From Podarcis bocagei (Eukaryota), in NCBI GenBank assembly GCA_964188305.1, contig OZ076900.1: DNA of 64,000 nt. The stretch is one strand, 5' to 3'. Position numbers and translations under genes: made by a program. The notes under the pieces were generated by a model. That model was not told the origin of the DNA and did no database searches. It was given only the letters and a program-made list of their open reading frames with translations. Position 1 is the first letter of the stretch, and the number at the start of each line of letters is the position of its first letter. Positions 1-11,150 of this stretch are shown one piece after another.

Positions 1-909
1 GTGCAATTTCCAAAGCTAATTAGATTCTCATTATGTTATTCTACCCCATTGACCTCAGCACAAAGAAAATGCAATACAAATGAGTTTTAAAACATAATCT
101 TTGAAAACGGAAAGCAACAACAGCAAATACCAATCATATTTGCTGGATTGATTTCCGTCTCTGACCTGGGATGAATAAGTGAACATCAGCAATTTTTGTT
201 CCCATTTCCATCTGAATTCCCGGGGGGGGGGGGGAGATTTGGATGGAGTCCACAACACTGGAAAGGGATTATTAATTCTACCGAACAAGTCGTTTCTCCT
301 GTTATGTTTTTCCTCTTCCAGGAGCTGCTGTTTTGTCCCCAAATGTAAGTTTCTTCCAGCAATGAAAATAGGTTTCCTCCCCACACAGTACTGTGGCCCC
401 AATCCAAATAACACTTTCCATAACTGCATTTTCACTAACAAAAAACAACAATTTGTTAACTAAGTGAGAAGCATTACCATATATCTGCCGAAGTCACTTG
501 TGGTCGTATCCTAAATGGCTCCAACTAACCTGAGAAACCTTTGGCTTCAGATCTCTAATGCTATCTTTTAAAGTGACCTTGGGCTATTTTCCTCTGCCCC
601 CTTAAATTAGCTAAATGCTCAAGGAATTAGTTCAGGCCTGTCCTTCAATTCCTTCTGGGTACCAACTTTAGAGAGAGAATAAAATTCTACATTTCAGTCT
701 CATATGCAGTAGCAACAGCAGTAAATATTCTAAAATTACCGCAAACAATTTCCTATGGCTTTGGCAGGCTGTGCAAAGAGGACTCCCTGGGGACTCCTTG
801 AGCAGAGAAAGAACTACCTCCTAATCTCTCTAAAACTTTTGAATTGAAACAATTAGCAAAGTGGGTTTGGGGGGGGGCAGGGATGTTGTATGAGTTCCTA
901 TTTGGTGTA

Positions 910-1106
910 CAGTCAAACCACAGTTCCCAAACGACTCCATTTTGCAACGTTTCAGCTCACAAATGCTGGAAACCTGGAAGTAAATGCTCTGGTTTGCGTA
1001 CATTTTCCGGAAGCCAAACATCGGAAGCCGCACCTCGGTTTTCAAACATTTTAGAAGCCGAATGGGCTTCCGGAACAGATAACGTTCAACAACAGATGTT
1101 TGACTG
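910..1106. mobile_element. Tc1/mariner-pogo (Tigger-like) MITE
   Basis: Terminal inverted repeats CAGTCAAAC...GTTTGACTG; TA on both sides (908-909, 1107-1108); ~200 bp with no transposase. Confidence 0.8.
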
Positions 1107-1365
1107 TAGGAGAATAATGCTAAATTCCTTCACATCAGTAGTTAGTCTTTAAATGTCTTGGCCAAGAAGAAGAAATATTAGAGTGGGGTAGATCATTTCA
1201 TGAATCCTATGGTTCATAATAGCATTTTTTTAAATAAAAAAGCTACTTCTATATAGAGACACTATATTTGTTTGCATTGCTCCCTAAACAATGTAAAAAC
1301 AGGACACCCAGCAATTCTTTGATATTTGCACATCTCCGGCTTTTGCAATGCAGTTCGCCATCCAA

Positions 1366-1393
1366 GTTGTTGTTGTTGTTGTTGTTGTTGTTG
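1366..1393. repeat. (GTT)n microsatellite, at the tail of the adjacent L2 copy
   Basis: Direct reading; abuts the 3' end of the minus-strand L2. Confidence 0.9.
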
Positions 1394-1720
1394 TTATTTA
1401 TTTGTACCCCACCCATCTGGCTGGGTTTCCCCAGCCACTCTGGGCAGCTTCCACAGAAACCAAAAATACACTAAAATATCACACGTTAAAAACTTCCCTG
1501 AACAGGGCTGCCTTAAGATGTCTTCTGAATGTCAGGTAGTTGTTTATCGCTTTGACATTTGGTGGGAGGGTGTTCCACAGGGCGGGCGCCACTACCGAGA
1601 AGGCCTTCTGCCTGGTTCCCTGTAGCTTTGCTTCTCGCAATGAGGGAACCGCCAGAAGGCCCTCAGTGCTGGACCTCAGCGTCCGGGCAGAACGATGGGG
1701 GTGGAGACGCTCCTTCAGAT
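1394..1720 (-). mobile_element. L2 LINE, 5'-truncated 3' end
   Basis: Minus frame reads ..RTLRSS..KAFSVVAPALWNTLP..TFRRHLKAALF, the typical L2 ORF2 C-terminus, followed by a short 3' UTR and simple-repeat tail. Confidence 0.9.
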
Positions 1721-3200
1721 AATCTGCAGAAAACCGCATAAACTAGGGTAAAGTATCCATAGAAGTGCATATATTAGCAAAAATGCGTAATGTTAAACAA
1801 AAAATGTTATATTAGGACAAATGTGGACCATTACAGGAAGGGAGAGGATGTTTACCATGATGGCAAGCACTGCAGCCCTGTAATGTCCGCCCAACATGGC
1901 AAAAAGAAAAGAAAATATTAAAAGCTGTTGCTACAGAAGGCAAAGTAACCCCAAGTGTTTGAGCAATGTTCCCTCTGGTTCTAAAGAAAATTTCACTGAA
2001 AAGATGCCCATTTCAGATTGCGAATGCAATGGTGACTTTGTGTGGGTTACAGGTCGGGAGGGGGGTCACTTTGTTTTTCATCTTCATTGTTCTGAAGCCA
2101 AATCTGAGTGAGGGCAGGTGCTTATTCTGGTGTCTTTTTTGGAAGAAGGGTCTTTTTTTGAAGAAGACAGGTGTTAACTGCGGCAGCAAGCACCAGGAGG
2201 ACCTAAAAAGTCAGTAGCGTCACAAAAAGTGAGTAGAAGTTTCAGGAGTCTCCCTTCCCCACTGCACCACCACCACCCACAGTCCCCAACTTGCAGCTGA
2301 CAAAAGTCCTTTTAAGAACTTTCAGCTCTAATAAAATGTCATATAATTGCTGAGAGTAGGTAGGGGAGACTCAGTGTATCAAACATTTTAAAATGCTTTC
2401 TCTTCACGACATGCATGTAATGTAGTTGTCAAAATATGCATTCCTCTCACTTAGTTGGGAGACGTAAAGGTCGTACCAATTTGAGGAACAATGCAATGTC
2501 AGGTGTTCAGAAGCTTGTTAGTGGCATCCTGGGAATACGAATACACACACACAACTCTTCGACTGTCAGAGTCACGTGGTGATAAATAACACCTGAAGGC
2601 ACCTTAAAAACTATATATTTTAATTTTTAAAAGAGTTCTGAGACAAATTAATTCTAGGAAGCAATTAAAGGCTAGGATAGCTCAATATAGTATATAAGAC
2701 CTTCTGGGAGCTCACTATCTTGCAATTAGGATACTAATCAAAACATATTTCAGATTCATTAGGCTTATTCTTTCTTGTAGTTTGGAATGATTGCATCCCA
2801 ACATATTTTGAACATTATGCATGAATCCCCATGTTAAACCCCTCTTAAGACCAAGACATATGTGTGTGAGGTTTTCTGCAGCGGCTTCCTCCCACCACCT
2901 CTTGTCTTCTGGAAAATATTTCAGCTCAAGAATGGGTTTTTATAGGTATGGACAAATAACAGTCTGTGCACCAGTCCATTCCATTCAATATCTACATTCC
3001 ATCCCACCCATCTGCATTTAAAAATTGGGGGGGGGGTGCTATTTAAAAGTTTGCATTTAAATAGAAATTAAATACTCATGTTTAGTTCTTTTAAAAGCAT
3101 TTTCTCTCAATGTGAATGTTTTTAAAACTGTTTTTAAAAGTTTGTCATAGGCAGAAAGAGGTGCTTCTCTTTCTTCCACGTCAGCACAGAGAAACCACTT

Positions 3201-4014
3201 GCGTGTTGAGTCCCACAAAGCCACCCCCCCTACCAATAAAGTCACACTTCACGCATCATTTTTGTTTTAGGTTTTTGGCATAATTTTGGCCACAACTTTA
3301 TTCAATACAAAATATGTGAGTGGTTGCTTAGGCATTGGTTTGACTATCTGTCCATGCCCAAGGACAGCTGACTTCCGGATTCCAGCGAAAGCCAGTATGG
3401 GAAACAAGTATTGGGTGAGAAAATATGAAGCTGGGTATCAGTCCCTCACTTCTCACCCTCATGTTCCTGTGGGGCTTACCCGGCCCAAGTCCGACTCCGG
3501 GGACAAGGACGAAAGGATGGTAAGCCCCTGGATTCCTTTAACGGAATTCCCTTTCTGCACCACCATTGGAGGGGTAGGCACTTACCCCTCCATCCACCAA
3601 TTTTAACCAATGCCTAACCGCCAACCTTACAAGTTGTGACTATTTGCTACGCAGTAGGCGAAACCCAAATGGCACCAGCCAATCCGCCATATGGTAAATT
3701 CCTACCAGGCCCCCGCACCAAGGCGGACGACCCCTAGACAGGCATAGCAAGGTCAATCGAACCAACAGAAACCCCCCCTTCATTAAAGGGAGGGTGGGCG
3801 GGAGATCCGTTGCAGAAGCCGAGAGGACGCTCCAGCGTTGGGCGTCCTGTATTTATACCCTCGGCCCCCTCCTCCAAAATTTGCAACACCCAAAACTCCC
3901 CAGTAACCCAGATTAACCCTTTAAGGTCTTGGTTTCCAACTCTGCCTAACAACTACAGGTGGCTTATGTTTCCCCAACCGCAACACGTGCTCTCATTTTT
4001 AAGGAGAACACGAT
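3201..4014 (-). mobile_element. ~810-bp LTR-like repeat, copy 1 (unclassified; possibly DIRS/Ngaro-type)
   Basis: Collinear blocks shared with 20843-22757 (GGCCACAACTTTATT, CCTGGATTCCTTTAACGGAAT, CCTTACAAGTTGTGAC, GAAACCCAAATGGCA, CATAGCAAGGTCAA, CAACACGTGC). Minus strand has TATAAATA (3850-3857) upstream of AATAAA (~3297-3302). Flanked by TT on both sides. Confidence 0.75.
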
Positions 4015-4067
4015 TTCCTAGGCATTCCACATAATCAGTGTGTCCTTTTTTTAAAAAAGAAAATGTT

Positions 4068-5282
4068 ATAAATATATAAAGATCTATTAGAGGAAAAAAC
4101 ACCCTGGTGGGTGGCCCCAACAGTGGCAATGTCAACCAAAAGAATAAATATGGAGGCAAAATGGCTGACATATAGAGATTTATTGATAGAAAGAGAAGAG
4201 AAACTTAGACTTAAAATATTATGATGAAATAAAAGACTTGGTCTATGATTGGCTGCAACATTGACAACTAAATGAGATTTTCAAGGAAGATAGTAAGAAA
4301 GGATTTAGTTATACCATATCTAGATTCCAAAAATAAATAATAGAAGAAAATAGTAAATTATTAAAGAAAACTTATAGTTTATTGTTAGAATGGGAGACAA
4401 AAGACGAGGAGGTGAAATCTGTAATGATTAAATGGGCACAAGATACAGGACATAATATACAAATGGAAGATTGGGAAAAGTTAAGGAAAAGTAATTTAAA
4501 ATTACGAACTGTATATTGCTGAAAGAGAATTATATGAAAATGATGTACACATGGAATATTACACCGGTGAAAATGGCAAAAATGTATAGAACAAGTTCCA
4601 ACAAGTGCTGGAAATGTGAAGAAAAGGAAGGTACCTTTTTTCATATGTGGTGGAATTGTAAAATAATTAGAAATTACTGGGATATGATTCATAATGAAAT
4701 GAAAAAAATGTTCAAGATAACCATTGTTAAAGTCCAGAAGTGTTTTTATTAGGTATTATAGGTCAAGATTTATCAGGAGACAAGAATAATCTATTTATGT
4801 ATGAGACAACAGCGGCCAGAATTTTACAAGCTCAAAGATGGAAAAGCGATGAAACACCAACAAAAGAACAATGGCAAGAAAAGTTGATGGAATGTGCTGA
4901 AATGGTGAAGCTAACTGAGAGACTTAAAGATAAGAACAACAATGACTTCAAAAAAGATTGGGAACCTTTTATGACGTATATACAGAAACAATGCATGGAA
5001 ATGAACTCACCTGCAGGATTCGAGTAACACATTTACAGTGGACAAATATAAACAGAATATATAAATAGGATGTAAAAATGTTAGAATAGATAGATAAGGT
5101 ATAATTTTACTATTAGTATATAAGGTATATAAAATTATAAGCAGAAGAAATAAACACACTATAAACAAGAAAGGGAAGTAGGGGGGAGTTGCAGGGGGGG
5201 AGCTAATTGAAAATGTAAAATGTAATTTGAATTTTTGATTACATTAAAACCTGTTGTAAAATCTTTAAAAAATATATTTTTT
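4068..5282 (+). mobile_element. L1-clade LINE, 5'-truncated, frameshifted ORF2 C-terminus plus 3' UTR
   Basis: KCWKCEEKEGTFFHMWWNC cysteine/histidine knuckle typical of L1 ORF2; G-rich 3' UTR tract; approximate duplication AAAAAAGAAA(GA)ATGTT at 4053-4067 and 5283-5299, at a TT/AAAA site. Confidence 0.9.
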
Positions 5283-5326
5283 AAAAAAGAAAGAATGTTC
5301 TAGAACAGATGGTAGCCAATGTGGTA

Positions 5327-5435
5327 CTCTAAAGATGCTGCTGGACTACAACTCCTGTCATTCCCAACCACTGACCACACTTGTTTGGTAGGAGTTGTGG
5401 TCCAACAACACCTGGAGGATACTGCAGAGGCTGTC
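5327..5435. mobile_element. Degraded palindromic hAT-Charlie-like MITE (GGACTACAACTCC family)
   Basis: Internal inverted repeat GGACTACAACTCC..GGAGTTGTGGTCC; same family as 26767-26904. Confidence 0.65.
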
Positions 5436-5882
5436 TTAGAGCAAACCAAGATGAAATGCCTTCACAGACAGAATCTGTGCCAATATGGTGGTTGAATGAG
5501 CAGATGGAAGTCCATTTATATGGAAGTCACTTACAGTCAATTTTCAACAGATTCCTCTGACATTCCTACTATGAATAGCATTTTCTGGGAATCTGAAGTT
5601 GGGTGAACTGCTTGCAGACTTCTCTTGGGGACAGCTGGTCAGCCACTGCAAGAACAGGTTGCTGTACTATATGAGTCTTTGGTTTGATCCAGCAGAACTC
5701 TTCTTGGGGTCATAAGGCGTTGGTGCTCCCAGACCCTCATGTGAGTGAGATACCAAGACAATCCTCTAACCAGTCCATTACACACTATAATGAGTTTGTG
5801 GCAGGATCACTAAAAATATGATAATATGCTCAGGTTGTTAGAATAATAGAATGATAGAATTGGAAGGGACCACTAGGGTCAT

Positions 5883-6235
5883 AGGGATGCAGGTGGCACT
5901 GTGGGCTAAACCACAGAGCCTAGAACTTGCCGATTAGAAGGTTGGCGGTTCGAATCCCCACGACGGGGTGAGCTCCCGTTGCTTGGTCCCTGCTTCTGCC
6001 AACCTAGCAGTTCGAAAGCACGTCAGAGTGCAAGTAGATAAATAGGTACTGCTCCGGCGGGAAGGTAAATGGCGTTTCCATGCACTGTTCTGGTTCACCA
6101 GATGCGGCTTAGTCATGCTGGCCACATGACCCAGAAGCTGTACGCCGGCTCCCTCTGCCAATAAAGCGAGATGAGCGCCGCAACCCCAGAGTCGGTCATG
6201 ACTGGACCTAATGGTCAGGGGTCCCTTTAGCTTTC
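5883..6235 (+). mobile_element. Sauria SINE (Squam1/POM type), full length
   Basis: GGTGGCACTGTGGGCTAAACC A-box region, GGTTCGAATCC B-box, GGGGTCCCTTTA tail; 10-bp TSD CTAGGGTCAT (5873-5882 and 6236-6245). Confidence 0.95.
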
Positions 6236-6277
6236 CTAGGGTCATCTAGTCCAACACTCTGCAATGCAAGAATCTTT

Positions 6278-6350
6278 TGCCCAACTTGGGGCTTGAACCA
6301 ATGACCTTGAGATTAAGAGTCTCATGCTCTACCGACTGAGCTATCCCAGC
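6278..6350 (-). pseudogene. tRNA-Lys(CTT)-derived sequence (SINE head, not a functional tRNA gene)
   Basis: GCTGGGATAGCTCAGTCGGTAGAGCATGAGACTCTTAATCTCAAGGTCATTGGTTCAAGCCCCAAGTTGGGCA closely matches vertebrate tRNA-Lys-CTT; acceptor stem and T-arm are mutated. Confidence 0.85.
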
Positions 6351-8327
6351 CATTGTTATTAGACTGTGTAAATAAATAAGTATTAGGGGTGCTTTAAAAT
6401 GATCCTAGCATCTAGGAATCTGCCTTTTTGATAATGTCCTAAAGGAATTGCAAAGCTTGCTCATGATGACTTTACCCACCAGGGCCTATAAGACTAAATT
6501 CTGACTTTGTTAATAGTGTTTTGCAAAGAGAGAGTTGCTAAGGAACCAAATGGGTAAATGCACTTACTTATATGTATGTTTTTCATCAGGCAAATCAAAG
6601 GTTGAAATGTAAACTCTGAAGCTCAAGGACATCCTGTGGATTTGTGACATTTCCTGGAGGAATTGCAAGCCATAAACCAGCAAAAGGATTGATACAATGG
6701 GACCTATTGTAATTGCCATAGCTTCATCTGTGACAGATAAAAATATCTCCTTTTGAAGTTGTCATCTTTGTTTAAAGGGGGGGGGGAAATGCACAGAATT
6801 ACTCACACTCTTTTTAATCCCAGATATATCTATATATCTATATATAGATCCTTTGCAATCTAAAAGTGGAATAATTTTTCAATGATGTTCACGCAAACAT
6901 CTCTCTTTTCAAATAAATGTTACACTTTGTGTTGGAAAGGTCTTATTTACACTTGCTACAATATCTTGCAGTGGCATGTATGGAATACATTAATGTTTTA
7001 ACAATCAGAGAACTATAGAACTAAGACAGTGTTGTAAATAAAAGTGACCCTCACTGCTTTATTCTTTATCCCTTTTCTGCTCTCTTTGCTTGGTCAACTT
7101 TTTTGTGTAAGGTGCCAGCAGACTAGGACCAGAGAATTAATGAGAATTCCTTTACTCTCAATAGCACTGGGACAATTTACACATGGATGGGCTGTCTGGT
7201 TTGAGTGTTGGTGCTCCATAATCCTTCCCCAAACCAGTGACTGTAAGGCAAACTGCACCCAGTAAGTGCATAAGGATTCTGATAACCTCGGGTGCTTGTT
7301 ATATGAGTGCTTGAAGGTGCTCCAGCTTTTGGTCATGTGCAGGATTCCTTCTTCCTATATACATAACAATGTAAAGTGTCGTCATGCTGCAATTTGTGTG
7401 GCTGCCTGTTGGTGGCCATGCAAAATACAGTGTGATGACACCAGGTAGAGTGAGTGAGCAAAGGAAGTTGGCAGGCAGCATGACAGAGAGAACTAACAAG
7501 GGAGTGGGCAGGTAGGTGGCCCAGGTGGGTCTCCCCATGTTCCTTGTGTTGTCACTGCAACTTGCCTACCTGCTGGCATGCACACACAACAGTGAAGCCC
7601 AAACTCTGAATGAACAGGTGGCCCTGCTGAGTGAGGGCCACATGTCATTGTTGCTGCCACCCCCCCCCAGAACTCCCCCATCCCAACATAACGCCTGAAT
7701 ACCAAGATCCCACTGTCACTTGCAGTGGGAAGGAGAATCAAGAGGAGAAAGTATTTTACCGTGCACCACCACCCACTTCCTTCTGACAGTGGCATTAAGG
7801 AAGGGGAGAAATACTTTATCCTCTGCATTCCCTTCTCCTCTGTGAGTGGCAGCAAGAGCTTTGGACTGGTGTGATCTGGGTGACCCATACATGGAGCAAG
7901 CTGAGGTGATGACCTCAGGCTCCAGGATCCACTGGAATGGCAGATCCCAATGTAGATCTTTATTGTTCTCTCTGTTTCTGATGTAGATTTTCACTCAGCC
8001 CTTCTTCCTTGGCGGGGAGGGTGGACGCCATTTTGTGGTTAGACTTAGATGCCAAAACATCTGGAATGGCCATGGGTGTCATCAATGAAGGGATGGGAAG
8101 GGAGAAGTTTTGTGTGAATTGGGATTGTCAATGGGATGCAGGTAGCATGGAAGAAGCTGTGGGGGTTGAAGGGTGGGGGTGGCTGAGGGTTCAGCAAGTG
8201 GGTTGGAGCCACGTGTGGTTGATAAGCAACACAAGTATATGCCTGAATGGCTTCCTATTGTGGCCAGGTTCATTCCCAAATGGCATTGCCTTAAAGCACA
8301 AAGTTATGAGACTTTCTAGCAGACTTT

Positions 8328-8430
8328 GGGTTATATCCAATGCTAGTACTACTCAAAGTAGGTCCTTTCAAGTTATGGAACATTAATAACAATAAGTCTA
8401 CTCTAAGTATACTTCCATAGGGTACAACCC
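8328..8430. mobile_element. Degraded palindromic MITE (GGGTTGTA..TACAACCC type); related copy at ~10272-10388
   Basis: Ends GGGTTATATCC..GGTACAACCC; internal inverted ACTCA(A/G)AGTAG..CTACTCT(A/G)AGT. Confidence 0.5.
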
Positions 8431-10388
8431 AACAGGTTTGGGGAGAAGTTAGTGCATGCTAGATGAGGGCTGGAAAACAATGTTGGATAATTTTACTGAC
8501 GCCCTCAGTAATTATTTAACAAAATCACTCCTCCAATTTTGCCAGCTGCAAACAGAGTGGAGAAATTTGGGAGGCTATTTCTGCTCAGCCCTTACTTGAT
8601 TTGAGAAGGAACCATATGTTAGTATTACTGGGTTAATTCATCTGTGATTAGAAAGAGGACTGTTTTCCACAGAGGAAAAGAAAATTGCTTGAGCGTGAAG
8701 GTTAGGGAAAACGGAGGAGATACCTTTTCTTTTTTTTCTTTTTTTTGTAAACAGGTGTATATGTTGTAAGACAGTGGCATGACAGGACTGCGTGTTAGAC
8801 AATATATATTGCATGCTCTGCAAATGAATTAGGAGTAAACTTTCCAAATGTCACACTCTAGACTCTTATCAATATGTATCAACATCCTCAAGCTACTTCT
8901 GCGTCGTAAATGTCAGTTGAAATTTTTATGGCTTTTACAGCTTCTGTGCAATTTGTAATAAGCTTTGTGCATGACCCATTATTTTATGAGAGGGGAACAA
9001 CTGTCAAATGAATGCATTTGTAATGTCAGGAGTTCCATTAGAACATGACCAGGGGCTGAAGGCAAGGGGCTGAGCTACCACCTAGTTTACGTCTTTTGAC
9101 CGTACTTTGGTGGGAAAAAAAGGAGCGTGCATCTTCCAACTTCCATTACTTTTTGTGGTTACCTTTTCAAATTAATAATTTAACTTACATTTCTTATAGC
9201 CTCATTATCACTCCACTATTTCATTAACTAATCATTACAGCACTGCAGTTTATAGCTTTTTCCGACAAAGGGACCAGGAGCATTAACTGGTAGCATGGAG
9301 TTACAGAGAGGTAGCTCTGATTTGCAAGTTGTGCCTGCAGCACTGTGGATTTTACACCATTAGAAAATCTTTTTATCTTTTTTTCTTTAAAAAAAAATTA
9401 AAACAGGAAAGATTTTTAATTCTTTCTCCAGTGATTCATATCCTGTGGATTTTTCCTATTAGGCAATGAAGCTATGATATTAAGATTGAGTATATAAATA
9501 ATTCCCATAATTCCTGGAGAAGAAGAAAGTGAAATAATTACCTTCCGATCATTTCATTATGAATGGAGTTCTGTCAAAAGTTTTAGAAGAGGGCATTAAT
9601 ACAAATTAAGGTCTTTAGAAACCCATTCTTTCAAGATACATAAAATCAGGATTGAGTAACTCTGACCAGGCCAATGAGAGGTGTTTCATGTGCAAAATGG
9701 ATTGGGTTGTTGGAGCTGGGTAGGAATAAAATATTAAAGATACCATTTTGAGGTTTTTGCAGATATTTTATATTTTGATGGTTTGATAAAGGAGTGAATT
9801 TGTTTAATCTTCTGAACTCTGAAAAAAAAAACCTGCAATGATGGATGTTCAGGAAGTCCATATTATTGTGTCACACAATCCTGAGTTCCAAGTAGGAATA
9901 GTCCTAAGTAGGGCTCATCCACATTTCCATTCATGCTGTGATTTCTAGGCACAGGTTTGTGACACCCAGGTGTGAGGGATTTTTTAACCCACTGCTTTTC
10001 CTAGGAAAACACACTGTTTACCACTGAATCAGAACAAACAACAATCGGCTGGGGCGCCCATCTGCCCTGTAGGTCTTTGTCTATCCTTGGAGTAACAAAA
10101 GGACCCTTGTGCAGGGTACAGGACATAATGCCTGTCGGGAAACTACATACAAAGAATGTTTTCTCCATGTCTCAAAGTATTAGTACTTGCAAGTCATCCA
10201 AAGGAATTGATCAGTGGTAAAATTCAGGGCAGACAAGACAATTGTACTTCTGCACACACATGCATACACACAGCTGTATCCAACTATTTCCCACTCAGAA
10301 TATACCAATTAATATCAGTGGGCCTGGAAAACTTAACCCCATTGATTTTAATGGGTCTACTCTGAGTATATCCTTAGTTGGATCCAAT

Positions 10389-10481
10389 CAATGCTGGAAT
10401 CCTTCCCACAGCTGTCCTTAGGCGGGCTCAAACCACCAATCTTCCAGTTAATAGCCAGACACACTGACCCATTGCTCCACA
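10389..10481 (-). mobile_element. tRNA-Asn(GTT)-headed SINE with the start of a CR1 tail (degraded, tail truncated)
   Basis: Minus strand TGTGGAGCAATGGGTCAGTGTGTCTGGCTATTAACTGGAAGATTGGTGGTTTGAGCCCGCCTAAGGACA aligns to vertebrate tRNA-Asn-GTT, with several differences being CpG decay; followed by GCTGTGGGAAG and GATTCCAGCATTG. Confidence 0.75.
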
Positions 10482-10519
10482 ACCCAATATTTTTTTGCAA
10501 TTACCGGTAGTTGCCACAG

Positions 10520-11150
10520 ATGTGGTCTGGCCTCTAGCTTAAACAACTTTATAATGGGACTCAAGCAAACACATGGAGGAGAATTCTACCAATGTCTGTG
10601 GGCCAGGATGTCTATGAAACATCCACGTTTAGAGACAATATACCCACAAACACACACTATTCGATGAGCAACTGTAGAGGGAGGCTGCTGCCTTTTGTGC
10701 CCTGCTAGTGGGCTTCTGGAAGCAACACGGGTGGCGCTGTGGGTTAAACCACAGAGCCTAGGACTTGCCGATCAGAAGGTCGGCAGTTCGAATCTCCGCA
10801 ACGGGGTGAGTTCCCGTTGCTCGGTCCCTGCTCCCGCCAACCTAGCAGTTCGAAAGCACGCCAGTGCAAGTAGATAAATAGGTACCGCTCCGGCTGGAAG
10901 GTAAACGGTGTTTCTGTGTGCTGCTCTGGTTCACCAAAGTGCCTTAGTCATGCTGGCCACATGACCCAGAAGCTGTACGCTGGCTCCCTCAGCCAATAAA
11001 GTGAGATGAGCGCCGCAACCCCAGAGTCGGCCACGACCAGACCTAATGGTCAGGGGTCCCCTTTACTAGTGGGCTTCTGGAGGCATCTGATTGGCTTATG
11101 TAGGATTCAGGATGCTGGGCTAGGTGCACCTTGGACTCTTCTTATGCTCT
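10520..11150 (+). mobile_element. Old CR1 3' fragment, split by a Sauria SINE
   Basis: ..CAAACACATGGAGGAGA..GGCATCTGATTGGC..GGATGCTGGGCTAG..CTCTTCTTATG, same family as 19370-19790 and 20581-22847. Confidence 0.65.
10725..11065 (+). mobile_element. Sauria SINE (Squam1/POM type)
   Basis: Near-identical to the other copies; perfect 16-bp TSD CTAGTGGGCTTCTGGA (10705-10720 and 11066-11081). Confidence 0.95.

Larger units (their letters stand above)
5841..6350 (-). mobile_element. tRNA-Lys(CTT)-headed SINE with CR1 3' tail, interrupted by a Sauria SINE
   Basis: Minus strand: 73-nt tRNA-Lys-like head, then AAA, then GATTCTTGCATTGCAGAGTGTTGGACTAGATGACC..GGTCCCTTCCAATTCTA, matching the CR1 end at 54722-54790. 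Confidence 0.85.

Noticed and set aside
3985-4021. Hairpin followed by CTAG as a Helitron 3' end
   Set aside because: Copy 2 has CTAT, which belongs to the flanking CR1 tail; there is no 5' TC and no A|T target.
6278-6350. Functional tRNA-Lys gene
   Set aside because: Acceptor stem and T-arm mismatches, and direct fusion to a CR1 tail with no oligo-T terminator.
9541-9569. 29-nt minus-strand microexon (TTTTGACAG|..GAAG|GTAATT)
   Set aside because: Splice signals are only moderate, the length is not a multiple of three and there is no supporting context.
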